Positions 13,109 through 22,830 of a stretch of 64,000 nt of DNA are shown here, in pieces. Location: contig DAHWNL010000030.1 in NCBI GenBank assembly GCA_027339965.1, forward strand, positions 19,687 through 83,686, given 5' to 3'. The stretch's first letter is position 1. Each line of letters starts with the position of its first letter. Made by a program: the position numbers and the translations under genes. This DNA comes from Granulicella sp. Lineage in GTDB: Bacteria > Acidobacteriota > Terriglobia > Terriglobales > Acidobacteriaceae. The notes beneath the pieces were generated by a model. That model was not told where the DNA came from. It made no database searches and saw only the letters and a list, made by a program, of their open reading frames with translations.

Positions 13109-14082
13109 GCATCCGCCATCCGTCGCCGCGCCCGGGGATGGCACATCCGATGCACCGTCTTCAGCCGGTCGATGGCCAAATGCGTGTAAACCTGCGTAGT
13201 GGCTATATCGGCATGACCCAGCACGGTCTGTACAGTTCTCAGGTCGGCGCCGTGTTCCACCATGTGGGTGGCCATGCTGTGGCGCAGCTTGTGTGGACTG
13301 GCGTGTCTATCCGCATTGCGCACCATCTGCCATACCGCCTGGGTGGTCAGCGGCCTTCCACGAACCGACAGAAACAGCGTTCTCTCGAGACCTTCGCCGC
13401 CTCGCCGCGAGTGCAACAAATCGAGTCTTCCCCTGTGCAGGTAAGCCTCCAACGCCTCCACCGCATTGCGCCCGATGGGCACAATGCGCTCCTTGTCGCC
13501 TTTGCCCCTCACCAGCAGGCTGCCGGTCTCCAGGCGCAGATCCTCCTGGCGCAACGCAACGATCTCACCCACACGCAGCCCGCCGGCATAGAGCACCTCG
13601 AGAATGGCGTGGTCTCGCAAGGCAACTGCCAAACCGCTCTTCGAACCACCCTCCACCCGGGTGGCTGCAGCGGATCTCTCCAACATCTCCGCTACTTCGC
13701 CCTCAGCCAGTGACTTTGGCAGCACCTTCCAACTCGCTGGGCTCTGAATATTCACCGTAGGGTCACGCGAAACACGCTTGTCCGTCAGTAGCCAGCGATA
13801 GAAGCCGCGCAGACAGCTCAGTTTGCGGGCAATGGATCGCGACTGCACCCCGTGCTCGCGCAAATGCTGCAGGAATCCGCTCACATCCGCCTGCTGCGCG
13901 ATCAAAAACGTCTTTTCACCGTCGCCATTGGCTCCGCCATCTTCCAGATACTCGGCGAAGATCTCCAGATCATGAAGGTAAGCCTCGCAGCTCAGCGGCC
14001 GCAGCCCCTTCTCTACCCGCAAGTGGGTCATGTACTCGCGCAGCATCGCTCTACAATTGCCTGCATTCGACGCCTGACTCAT
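13105..14082 (-). CDS. xerD: tyrosine recombinase XerD
   Basis: [53 protein letters not shown]. Confidence 0.88.
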   Translation of the reverse strand: MSQASNAGNCRAMLREYMTHLRVEKGLRPLSCEAYLHDLEIFAEYLEDGGANGDGEKTFLIAQQADVSGFLQHLREHGVQSRSIARKLSCLRGFYRWLLTDKRVSRDPTVNIQSPASWKVLPKSLAEGEVAEMLERSAAATRVEGGSKSGLAVALRDHAILEVLYAGGLRVGEIVALRQEDLRLETGSLLVRGKGDKERIVPIGRNAVEALEAYLHRGRLDLLHSRRGGEGLERTLFLSVRGRPLTTQAVWQMVRNADRHASPHKLRHSMATHMVEHGADLRTVQTVLGHADIATTQVYTHLAIDRLKTVHRMCHPRARRRMADA

Positions 14083-14383
14083 CCTTAAATTTTCATGCTG
14101 CGCGCCACTCTGCACCAGCCCCGGTATCCGCCTCGCTACGTGACGGTTCGATAGCCTCTCCCAGCCGGCCGTCCGCTACCCGGGGTGACATGCAGTGCGG
14201 AGATCGGGCTATTTCGGCATTCAGGGAGAAAATACCCTCTCCCGCTGCCAAGGAGAAACGTTCTTTGCTAAACTCTTGGCAATGAGCTGTTTTGTCGCCT
14301 CTCTTGCAGGGCGCCGTGCGACTCCCCAAAGAGCGCATGCCGGCCTCCACGGGAGGACCCCGACGCAACCATTTTTTGCTACC

Positions 14384-14414
14384 TGCCGCCGGAGCCGCTC
14401 TTGGCGGCATTTTT
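14384..14414 (+). terminator. intrinsic terminator in the metB leader
   Basis: TGCCGCC..GGCGGCA stem followed by T5, 38 nt before the start codon. Confidence 0.7.
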
Positions 14415-14452
14415 GCACCTGAATCGACTCCCAACCTCAGAAGGAGACAGGG

Positions 14453-15646
14453 TTGTCCACAAAGAGCTTTCGAGAAGCCACGATTGCCATTCGCGGTGGC
14501 CGCGCGCTGGACAGCCATGCCAGTTCCATCCTCTTTCCTCTTTATCAGACCGGGAACTTCGTCCACGACGCCGTCGGCGTCGATAAGGGCTATAGCTATT
14601 CGCGAGTCTCCAACCCCACTGTGGATGCGCTGGAAGGCTCCCTTGCGGCGCTGGAAGGAACGCCTTCGGCCGTCAGTTTCCGGACGGGCATGGCCGCTAT
14701 CACCACACTTTGCTTCTCTCTGCTGCGAAGCGGCGACCACGCCATCCTGTCCGACGTCATCTACGGCGGCACCATGCGCCTCTTCCGAGAGGTGCTCAAT
14801 CCTTTAGGCATCCACGGAGATTTCATCGACACCTCCAACACGGTGAACATAGAGGCCAGCATACGGCCCGAAACACGCTTGATTCTCATCGAGACTCCCG
14901 GCAATCCCACTCTCAAGATCACCGATATTCAAGCGATCTCCCGGATCGCCAGACGGCACTCGATCCTGCTGGCCGTGGACAACACTTTTCTGACCCCGAT
15001 CCTGCAGCGTCCCTTCGAGCTTGGCGCCGATATTTCCATCCTTTCCACCACGAAATACATTGATGGACACAATGCCACCGTGGGAGGTTCCCTGGCCACC
15101 CACGACGAGCAGTTGACCGAGCGTCTGCGCCTGATTCGCAAGACGCTGGGCACCATTCAAGCGCCCTTTGAAGCATGGTTGACATTGCAGGGGATAAAGA
15201 CCCTGCCGATGCGGCTGCGCCTGCACTGCGCCGGAGCACTGCGCATCGCGAAGTGGCTGGAGATCCATCCCGCGGTCAAGTACGTCTTCTACCCCGGTCT
15301 ACCCAGCTTCCCGCAACAGGCGCTGGCCGCCCAGCAGCAGCGCGGCGGTGGAGGCATCGTCGCCTTCGAGCTCAAAGGTGGGGCGGAGGCCGCCCGGCAA
15401 ACTCTCAACCGCCTCCAGCTCTGCTCCCGCGCCGAGAGCCTCGGTGGAGTCGAGACGCTGGTCACCCATCCCTCCACCACCACCCACGCTGACCTGGACC
15501 CCGACCTGCGCCAGGCGCTCGGCATCAGCGATGGCCTGATCCGTATCTCCGTTGGCCTGGAAGATCCTGAAGACCTTATCGCTGACCTCGGCCAAGCCAT
15601 CGCTGCCACGGGTTCTCACCTCCGCGCCCGGAAGGACAAGCTATGA
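14453..15646 (+). CDS. metB: cystathionine gamma-synthase (Cys/Met PLP family)
   Basis: YSYSRVSNPT, ETPGNP, VDNTF, STTKYIDGH; TTG start with AAGGAG RBS. Confidence 0.8.
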   Translation: MSTKSFREATIAIRGGRALDSHASSILFPLYQTGNFVHDAVGVDKGYSYSRVSNPTVDALEGSLAALEGTPSAVSFRTGMAAITTLCFSLLRSGDHAILSDVIYGGTMRLFREVLNPLGIHGDFIDTSNTVNIEASIRPETRLILIETPGNPTLKITDIQAISRIARRHSILLAVDNTFLTPILQRPFELGADISILSTTKYIDGHNATVGGSLATHDEQLTERLRLIRKTLGTIQAPFEAWLTLQGIKTLPMRLRLHCAGALRIAKWLEIHPAVKYVFYPGLPSFPQQALAAQQQRGGGGIVAFELKGGAEAARQTLNRLQLCSRAESLGGVETLVTHPSTTTHADLDPDLRQALGISDGLIRISVGLEDPEDLIADLGQAIAATGSHLRARKDKL

Positions 15647-16818
15647 AGTTCGCCACCCGGCTGGTCAACTTTCCAGCCGCACCCAAGGATCCCTACCGGC
15701 CCAGTGTCACACCCATCTATCAGACCGCGACCTTCGAGCGGGAGACAATGGATGCCTCTGGCGAGTTTGACTACTCCCGCAGCGGTAATCCCACCCGTAC
15801 GGTCGCAGAGCGCCAACTGGCTAGCCTCGAGAATGGAACCCGCGCCTTCTGTTTCTCCAGCGGCATGGCGGCGATCAGCGCCGTCACCGGACTGCTGCGT
15901 AGCGGCGACGAGATCCTCTCCGACATCGATCTGTATGGGGGAACCTGCCGCTTGTTCTCCCGGGTTCTCAACCGCTCCGGCATCCGCGCGAACTACGCGG
16001 ATGCGCTCGATCCCGAAGGCTTCGCTCAGCATCTCACTCCAGCCACCAAACTGATCCACATCGAGTCGCCCACTAATCCCCTTTTTCACATTTTGGACAT
16101 CCAGCGACTCGCATCGGTAGCGCACGCCCACGGAGCGCTTCTGTCGATCGACAACAGCGTCATGTCCCCCTACCTGCAGAATCCCCTCGACATGGGTGCC
16201 GACATCGTGATTCACTCCGGCACCAAGTTCCTCGGCGGACATCACGACGTCACCTGTGGAGCGGTGATCGTCAAAGACGAGAGGTTAGCCGGCCAGATCC
16301 GTTTTATCAGCAACGCGGAGGGCGCCGCCCTCTCGCCCTTTGACAGCTTTTTGCTGCTGCGCGGCCTTCAGACCCTCAAACTGCGCATCGACTGCCAGCA
16401 AAGGAACGCCATGGCCGTGGCCAAATGGCTGGCGGAACGCAAGGAGGTGACCCAGGTCTTTTACCCCGGGCTCGCCGCGGACGCCGCTTATCAACTGCAC
16501 CAGCGGCAGGCATCCGGCCCGGGCTCGGTCATGAGCTTCTCCACCGGCTCCGTCGCTCTCTCCAAGGCCATTGCAGAGTCCGCCCGCCTCTTTCACATCG
16601 CAGTCAGCTTTGGCAGCGTCAGCTCCTCCATCAGCATGCCCGCCACCATGTCGCACGCCAGCGTCCCTCCCGAACTGCTCGCCAAACGCGATCTCCCACC
16701 CGATCTGCTGCGCGTCTCGGTCGGCGTTGAAGATGAAGAAGACCTGATCGCCGACCTCGGTCAGGCCTTCGAACGAGCCTCCCGGCTGGCTTCGCCCGCA
16801 ACTGTTACGGGTGTCTGA
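15643..16818 (+). CDS. metC: cystathionine beta-lyase (Cys/Met PLP family)
   Basis: DYSRSGNPTR, HSGTKFLGGH, VSFGSVSS, MSHAS; ATGA overlap with metB. Confidence 0.8.
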   Translation: MKFATRLVNFPAAPKDPYRPSVTPIYQTATFERETMDASGEFDYSRSGNPTRTVAERQLASLENGTRAFCFSSGMAAISAVTGLLRSGDEILSDIDLYGGTCRLFSRVLNRSGIRANYADALDPEGFAQHLTPATKLIHIESPTNPLFHILDIQRLASVAHAHGALLSIDNSVMSPYLQNPLDMGADIVIHSGTKFLGGHHDVTCGAVIVKDERLAGQIRFISNAEGAALSPFDSFLLLRGLQTLKLRIDCQQRNAMAVAKWLAERKEVTQVFYPGLAADAAYQLHQRQASGPGSVMSFSTGSVALSKAIAESARLFHIAVSFGSVSSSISMPATMSHASVPPELLAKRDLPPDLLRVSVGVEDEEDLIADLGQAFERASRLASPATVTGV

Positions 16819-16862
16819 AGCCATCACCGCAACGATGACAATAGCTATACTCGTAGATAGTC

Positions 16863-18248
16863 ATGTTTGAAACGCTCTCCGAAAAACTCCAACGCTCTTT
16901 CAAGACCCTGCGCGGCCAGGGCACGCTCACCGACGAAAACATCAACGAAGCCCTGCGTGAGATCCGCGTCGCCTTGCTGGAATCTGACGTCAATCTCGAC
17001 GTCGCCCGAGATTTGATCGAAAAGATTCGCGCCAAGGCATTGGGTTCAGCCGTCGCCACCGCGCTCTCGCCGGCCGAGCAGATCGTCAAGAGCGTCCGTG
17101 ATGAATTGATTGTTACTTTGGGCACAGATACGGCGCGTTTCAAGTTTGCTTCCCAGCCGCCTTCGGTCATTTTGATGGCCGGCCTGCAGGGTTCCGGCAA
17201 GACGACCACCTCCGGCAAGCTGGCCCATTGGCTCAAAAAGGGTGGTCACCGGCCTATGCTGGTCTCCGTCGATGTCTACCGCCCCGCCGCCCGCGAGCAA
17301 CTCGCCATCGTCGCCCGCTCCATCAACGCCCAGATGTACGAAGGCAAACTGGATGCCACCGCCGGTGCCGGCACAGATGACGTGCTCCGCCTGGCGAAGG
17401 AAGCCCGTCGCGAGGCAGCCAACTACGGCTGCGACATCCTAATCGTGGATACCGCGGGACGCCTCGGCATCGACGAGGCCCTCATGGAGGAGATGGCCCA
17501 GCTCAAAAAGCTGCTCTCCCCCACCGAGATTCTCTTTGTCGCCGACGCCATGACCGGCCAGGATGCCGTCAACTCCGCCAAAGCCTTCAACGACAAGCTG
17601 CAGATCACCGGAGCCATTCTCACCAAGATGGACGGAGACTCCCGTGGCGGCGCCGCGCTCTCCATCCGGCAGATCACCGGCCAGCCCATCAAGTTCCTCG
17701 GTACCGGAGAGAAGCCAGACGCCTTTGAGCCCTTCCATCCCGACCGCATCGTCAGCCGCATCATGGGCATGGGCGATATTGCCACGCTGCTCGAACGCGC
17801 TGATGAGAAGCTGGACAAGAGCAAGGCCGCCGACTTCGCAAAAAAGGCTCTCTCCGGCGACGGCTTCTCTCTGGAAGACTTCCGTGAGCAACTCCGCCAG
17901 ATCAAGAAGCTCGGCAGCATGCAGTCCATCCTCAAGATGCTCCCCTCCGTCGGCCCCTTCGCCCAGATGCAGAAGGCCGCTGGCTCCATCGACGAGAAGC
18001 AGTTCAGCCGCGTCGAGACAATCATCGATTCCATGACCCGCAAAGAGCGCCAGAATGCGTCCATCATCAACGGCAGCCGCCGCAAGCGCATAGCCGCCGG
18101 CTCAGGAACCACTGTGCAGGAGGTCAACAGTCTCCTCCGCCAGCACCAGCAGATGAGCAAGATGTTCAAAACCATGGGCTCAGGAGGAGGCAAGATGCAG
18201 CAACGGCTCATGAGCCAGCTAGGCAGCGGCCAAAGGTTCGGCCGCTAA
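16863..18248 (+). CDS. ffh: signal recognition particle protein
   Basis: GLQGSGKTTT, DTAGR, TKMDGDSRGGAALS, M domain SRRKRIAAGSG. Confidence 0.98.
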   Translation: MFETLSEKLQRSFKTLRGQGTLTDENINEALREIRVALLESDVNLDVARDLIEKIRAKALGSAVATALSPAEQIVKSVRDELIVTLGTDTARFKFASQPPSVILMAGLQGSGKTTTSGKLAHWLKKGGHRPMLVSVDVYRPAAREQLAIVARSINAQMYEGKLDATAGAGTDDVLRLAKEARREAANYGCDILIVDTAGRLGIDEALMEEMAQLKKLLSPTEILFVADAMTGQDAVNSAKAFNDKLQITGAILTKMDGDSRGGAALSIRQITGQPIKFLGTGEKPDAFEPFHPDRIVSRIMGMGDIATLLERADEKLDKSKAADFAKKALSGDGFSLEDFREQLRQIKKLGSMQSILKMLPSVGPFAQMQKAAGSIDEKQFSRVETIIDSMTRKERQNASIINGSRRKRIAAGSGTTVQEVNSLLRQHQQMSKMFKTMGSGGGKMQQRLMSQLGSGQRFGR

Positions 18249-18361
18249 AGCGTTTTCAGTGCAGGTGTAACGCGACGCCTCGACCTCCATGAGCGTTTTC
18301 CCCAATGAAAACGCCACTGCACGCCCTCTCCGGTGTACCCAGCAACACTGAAAATGCTATA
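18246..18361 (+). mobile_element. MITE copy C
   Basis: TAAAGCGTTTTCAGTG...CACTGAAAATGCTATA in C|TA..TA|G context. Confidence 0.9.
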
Positions 18362-18481
18362 GAGTTTTCTCCGTGCCAGCCATGCCCGCTCAAAAATCCC
18401 AAGCCATGCATGCGCTGAGGGTGTGCGACGTAAAAATGAAGCCGTTGCGGCTGCTCTCTTTTTTGCCCATGTGCCTAGCGG

Positions 18482-18913
18482 ATGTTATACGCTAGGCACA
18501 TGGAGAGTGTCCCCATGACCGATTGGCTTGCTGACCTTGAAAATCGCCGCTCTGGACTGATTGAGCAGATTGCGCTGCTCGGCGACTTCCGCCCCGGGTC
18601 CATTTCGGCAACCAGAGGCCGTTGCGGCAATCCGAACTGCCATTGCCATGAGTCCGGCGACCCCGGTCATGGCCCGAACCTGAGACTGACGTACAAGGTA
18701 GGCGGCAAGACTGTTACCGAGACTTTTCCCACCGTGGCCGCGCAGCGAAAGGCGGAGCGCGAGATCGCCGGGTTCCGGCGCTATAGAGAGCTGAGCCGTG
18801 AACTGGTCGATATCAACGAAAAGATCTGCCGCGTCCGGCCCGTGGAAGATACGCTCACGACACAGGAAAAAAAACGGCCGCGGCGATCCAAGCCGAGGTC
18901 GCACGCGAAGTAG
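18482..18913 (+). CDS. IS OrfA (DUF6788-like; C-x4-C-x-C...HGP)
   Basis: 'GSI...RCGNPNCHC...GHGP'; A8 slippery run at 18867-18874. Confidence 0.75.
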   Translation: MLYARHMESVPMTDWLADLENRRSGLIEQIALLGDFRPGSISATRGRCGNPNCHCHESGDPGHGPNLRLTYKVGGKTVTETFPTVAAQRKAEREIAGFRRYRELSRELVDINEKICRVRPVEDTLTTQEKKRPRRSKPRSHAK

Positions 18914-20140
18914 CCCTGCTGCTGGGCCGCGTCTTCGCCGAACCAAGGCAGACGGGGGCATGGATCTGGAGGCGATGGAAATGGCCTTGCGCGCCGGTAT
19001 GCATCGGGCCGGAGCCGCGGCTCTCAGCCAACTGTTGCAGTTCCCCGAGCCCGCCCCGGACCAGCGCGCCGTCCTTACTACTTGTGCCCGCACGGCCATC
19101 GAGGCCAGTTTCCCGCCGACGCGGAACTGGACATAGAGAACACGGAGTTCTCGCCTGGGGTGCGACGCATGCAAGCTCTGGTAGGCCAGGATGCGCCCTT
19201 CGATCAGGGCCGCGAACAGATGAAATTGCTGGCCGGTCTGGAAGTAACTGCCAAGTCGGTGGAGCGTACTGCGGAAGGTATCGGAGAAGATATCGCCCGG
19301 CGCGAGCGAGAAGAAATCGAGAAAGCGATCCAACTGGATCTGCCCGTCGTCGTTGGCAAGCCGATGCCGGTTCTCTATGTGGAAATGGATGGGACCGGAG
19401 TGCCGGTGGTGAAGGAAGAAACCGTGGGCCGCCAAGGCAAGGCAAACGGCGTGCCGGCCCATACGCGGGAGGTCAAGCTAGGGTGCGTGTTCACCCAAAC
19501 CAGCTACGACAAGGAGGGCTTCCCCATCCGCGATCCGGATTCCACCACTTATACCGGAGCCATCGAGACCGCCGAGGAATTTGGCAAACGCATCTACCTC
19601 GAAGCGTCCCAACGCGGCTGGGATCGCGCAGCAAAGAAAGTCGTCCTGGCCGATGGCGCCGAATGGATTTGGAATCTCGCCGGCCTGCATTTTCCGGGAG
19701 CAATCGAGATGGTCGATTTCTATCACGCCCGGCAACACCTGTGGGACTTGGCGCGCCGCTTGCACCCCAATGACGCCGTCAACCAGAAGGCGTGGATGAA
19801 GAAACATCAGCGGCTGCTCGACAAGGGAAAGATCGAAAAACTTGTCCTCCGCCTCCGCTCCATCGATTCAAGCAACCCCGAAGCAACCGAGAAGGTTCGG
19901 ATGGAGGCGGCCTCCTTGGAGAGAAATGCCGAGCGTATGCGCTACCCCAAGTTCCGCCCCCAGCACTTGTTTGTCGGCTCCGGCGTCATCGAAGCAGGAT
20001 GCAAAACCGTCATCGGTTCCCGACTCCAGCAGTCCGGCATGTTCTGGACCGTCCGGGGCGCAAACGCCATCGTTGCCCTCCGCTGCTGCCATCTCAACCG
20101 CCAATTCGAGGACTACTGGGAATCCCGCCGTGCAGCGTAA
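18874..20140 (+). pseudogene. ISKra4/UPF0236-type DDE transposase, frameshifted
   Basis: Catalytic part 19082-20140 (MDGTG, ADGAEWIW, DFYHA, GSGVIEAGCK); protein-like N-terminal pieces lie in two other frames. Confidence 0.75.
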
Positions 20141-20526
20141 CCTCCACTTTTATGTCGCGCACCCATGCGCTGAGGCAATGAATCTTCCCTTGCGTTGAGC
20201 CCACCCGATGCAAGAGATACGGCTTTCCATTCACCATCCTGACGCCATACTGCCCGGAGCATTCCTCCCTGGTTTACGGATGCAGAGACTGGATAGCCAG
20301 TAGCTCAACTCCATCCTGACCCGATGCGGGCGGTTTCGGGAGCGCTGCTCCCAAATGCTCCGCCTGGCCTATCGTCCCAAAGAAATCGCCAAGGTGGAAC
20401 CCGGGCGCGGGCCACCGCGACCTCGGCATCGCTCCTGCCCAAGTCCTTCCCGCTCTGAGATCACGGCTGCCGGGGCGCGCCAGCCTCACCTCAGAGCTCA
20501 CCTCAGAGCTCACCTCCGATTCGCTT

Positions 20527-22188
20527 TCAAAGGATCTTCTCGATGGCGCTTCGCGTCAGTCTGTCACCCGCATTCCGCACGGACTCCAACAAGGCGTCGA
20601 TCTGCGCGTGGGTGGTGCGATGATTCACGATGGCGGCGCGGATCACGACTCGACCCCGGATCCTGGTGGCAGAAGGCGCAACCTCGCCCCCCTCCTGCAC
20701 GGCAATCACAATCTGGCGGTTCAATCCGTCCAGACGCTCCTCATCCTGTGCAGCGTCCTCTACCAACTCCTGGCCGGCGTCTTCGATCCGCCGCACCCCC
20801 CGGAATCGGAAACAGGCGATGTTCAACTCGACCGGCGCCATCATCTCCAGCTCTGCCATCCTGCTCACCCGGCTCTCCAGATAGCGGGCAAGCCGACAAG
20901 TATGGCTCACAACCTCTCCCAGCGCTTGCGTTCCGTAAACCTTCAATGTGGTCCAAACCTTAAGCGCCCGGAAGCTTCGGGAAAGGTCTGGGCCAAGATC
21001 GCAGGGCCACGGCGATCCGGCGGCAATTCCCTGCTCTTCTCGCCCCAAATAGGCGGCGCTGGTGACAAAGGCGGCTTGTTGCAGCACTCCGTCTCTCACC
21101 AGAAGGAATCCGGCATCGTAGGGAACCTGCGCCCATTTGTGAAAGTCGAAGGCCAGCGAATCGGCTCTCTCGATGCCCTTGAGCCGCCCAGCCAGCTCTG
21201 AGCAGAGCATGGCGAGCGCTCCAAACGCTCCGTCAACGTGGAACCACATCTGCTCCCGCGCACAGATGTCCGCCAGGTCGTTCAGGTCGTCGATGGCGCC
21301 GGTGTCCACCGTTCCCGCCGTCCCCACCAACAGAAAAGGTGTCAAGCCTTGACCGCGGTCCCGGGCCAGCTGCGCGGACAGAGCCTGCAAGTCCAGGCGA
21401 TGCCTCCGGTCCACACCGATCAGCCGCAAGGCGTCACTGCCCAGCCCAACCATATCCATCGCCCGCGTGACGCAAGCGTGCACCTCGGTGGAGGCATAGG
21501 CGACTAGCCTCCCGGCGGCCGCCATCTGCCCCAGACCCTTGCATCGAACCTCGAAGCCCAGCCTGGCATCCCGCGCTACTTTCACGGCGACGAAGTTGGC
21601 CATCGATGAGCCGGTGACAAACAGCCCCGACGCACCGTCAGGAAATCCGAATACACCTCGCATCCACTCTGTAATCTGCCGCTCGACGTCCACGGGAATC
21701 TGATCACGTCCCCCCAGGTTAGCGTTCAGCCATGCGGCCAGCATTTCCGCCAGGGCACCTACAGGCGTGCCCCCGCCCTGCGCCCAGCCCATAAATCCAG
21801 GATGACCATTGCGAGATGCATAGGGAAGGATGAACTGCAGGAACTCCCGGTGCACTTGCTCCAGCGATGTAGGCTGCACCGGTAACTCCTGGCGGAAACG
21901 GTCACGCACCGCTTGCGGAATCTTTTGCCAGACCGGTTGCTGTCCTATGCTTTCGGTGTAGTTCAGCATGTCCTCCAGCATGCGGTGCGCTTGGATGCGT
22001 AGAGCGTCCCATGGCTTCGGGTCCAGAGTTCGCTCGGGAAAGCCCTCTGGGGCGAGAGGCGGCTGGTTGACCTCCCTCTGAACGGGGACAGGTTGATGCA
22101 GCAAGGCCAGCGTTGCCATCTCTGTCTTCGATGCGCTCCCTGCGCTTGGGTCACTCTGCATCTTCTCCACCTTTCCGGTCTTCGCCAT
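20527..22188 (-). CDS. group II PLP-dependent (aromatic amino acid-type) decarboxylase
   Basis: HPGFMGW, GSSMAN, GTAGTVDTGAIDDL, HVDGAFG, DFHKW; start uncertain. Confidence 0.9.
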   Translation of the reverse strand: MAKTGKVEKMQSDPSAGSASKTEMATLALLHQPVPVQREVNQPPLAPEGFPERTLDPKPWDALRIQAHRMLEDMLNYTESIGQQPVWQKIPQAVRDRFRQELPVQPTSLEQVHREFLQFILPYASRNGHPGFMGWAQGGGTPVGALAEMLAAWLNANLGGRDQIPVDVERQITEWMRGVFGFPDGASGLFVTGSSMANFVAVKVARDARLGFEVRCKGLGQMAAAGRLVAYASTEVHACVTRAMDMVGLGSDALRLIGVDRRHRLDLQALSAQLARDRGQGLTPFLLVGTAGTVDTGAIDDLNDLADICAREQMWFHVDGAFGALAMLCSELAGRLKGIERADSLAFDFHKWAQVPYDAGFLLVRDGVLQQAAFVTSAAYLGREEQGIAAGSPWPCDLGPDLSRSFRALKVWTTLKVYGTQALGEVVSHTCRLARYLESRVSRMAELEMMAPVELNIACFRFRGVRRIEDAGQELVEDAAQDEERLDGLNRQIVIAVQEGGEVAPSATRIRGRVVIRAAIVNHRTTHAQIDALLESVRNAGDRLTRSAIEKIL

Positions 22189-22830
22189 GTACCCTTGTTG
22201 CCGCCGTCTGATCTCGGGAGCGGTCTCCCGCCTCGATCCAGGGTGCAATCCAGGGTCCGATCCAGGAAACCCCATGGCGGCCAGCCCTTCCTGCACTGCA
22301 ATTTGCTCTCCAGATTTCTGTAGCCGGCCCGATGCGGCCCCGCATCCTCTCCCTGGCTCTACGAGCCCATCCAGTTTCATTTTATAAGTGCGGAGCGAGC
22401 TTGCCCCCTAGCCTGCCCCCTGGAAAGCCGTGGCGAAAGCAGAGCCAGAGATCCTCCACTTGCTCTCATCGAACTCTCATGAAAGCGGTGCAGCGAGTTC
22501 CTGTGCGGGATCCTCCTGGCCGATCTCTCTGCTTCCTGTCGCTGCTCGAAGCCGCCCGCAATCGGGCTCGGCAAGCAGTTCAATGTAGCTCGATGTCGTC
22601 TGGCTTCTGCCCCGTATCTCCTGATCTGCCAAGGGACACGCCAAGGGACAACGAGCGACAATCTCCGGCAAGGGCGTTACACTGAGAGCGATTCCGCAGC
22701 CGATGATCGATCGAAGCCTGCGTGTTAGCGGCTTCCTCCAGAGGGGTAAGCGATGCCGTGCCCAAGGATGGAGATCAACCCCGCCGAGTGACTCTGCACA
22801 TCTTCTCAAGGTCGTAACGGAGCGAACGCC

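Larger units (their letters stand above)
18419..20164 (+). mobile_element. ISKra4-family insertion sequence, probably decayed
   Basis: IRs GGGTGTGCGACGTAAAAATGAAG / CTCCACTTTTATGTCGCGCACCC; 9-bp direct repeat ATGCGCTGA at 18410-18418 and 20165-20173. Confidence 0.9.

Noticed and set aside
11996..14082. Prophage or integron integrases
   Set aside because: Motifs are XerC/XerD-like, with no phage genes, attC sites or adjacent tRNA
14280..14380. Canonical SAM-I, SAM-IV or SAH riboswitch call
   Set aside because: Only fragments (AAGAG, GCAACC) match and core helices cannot be fitted; kept as an unknown leader
20485..20516. 12-bp tandem repeat CTCACCTCAGAG (about 2.7 units)
   Set aside because: Too short and without spacers; likely slippage
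22235..22266. 12-bp period repeat of ATCCAGG upstream of the decarboxylase
   Set aside because: Three degenerate units; could be an operator but there is no support
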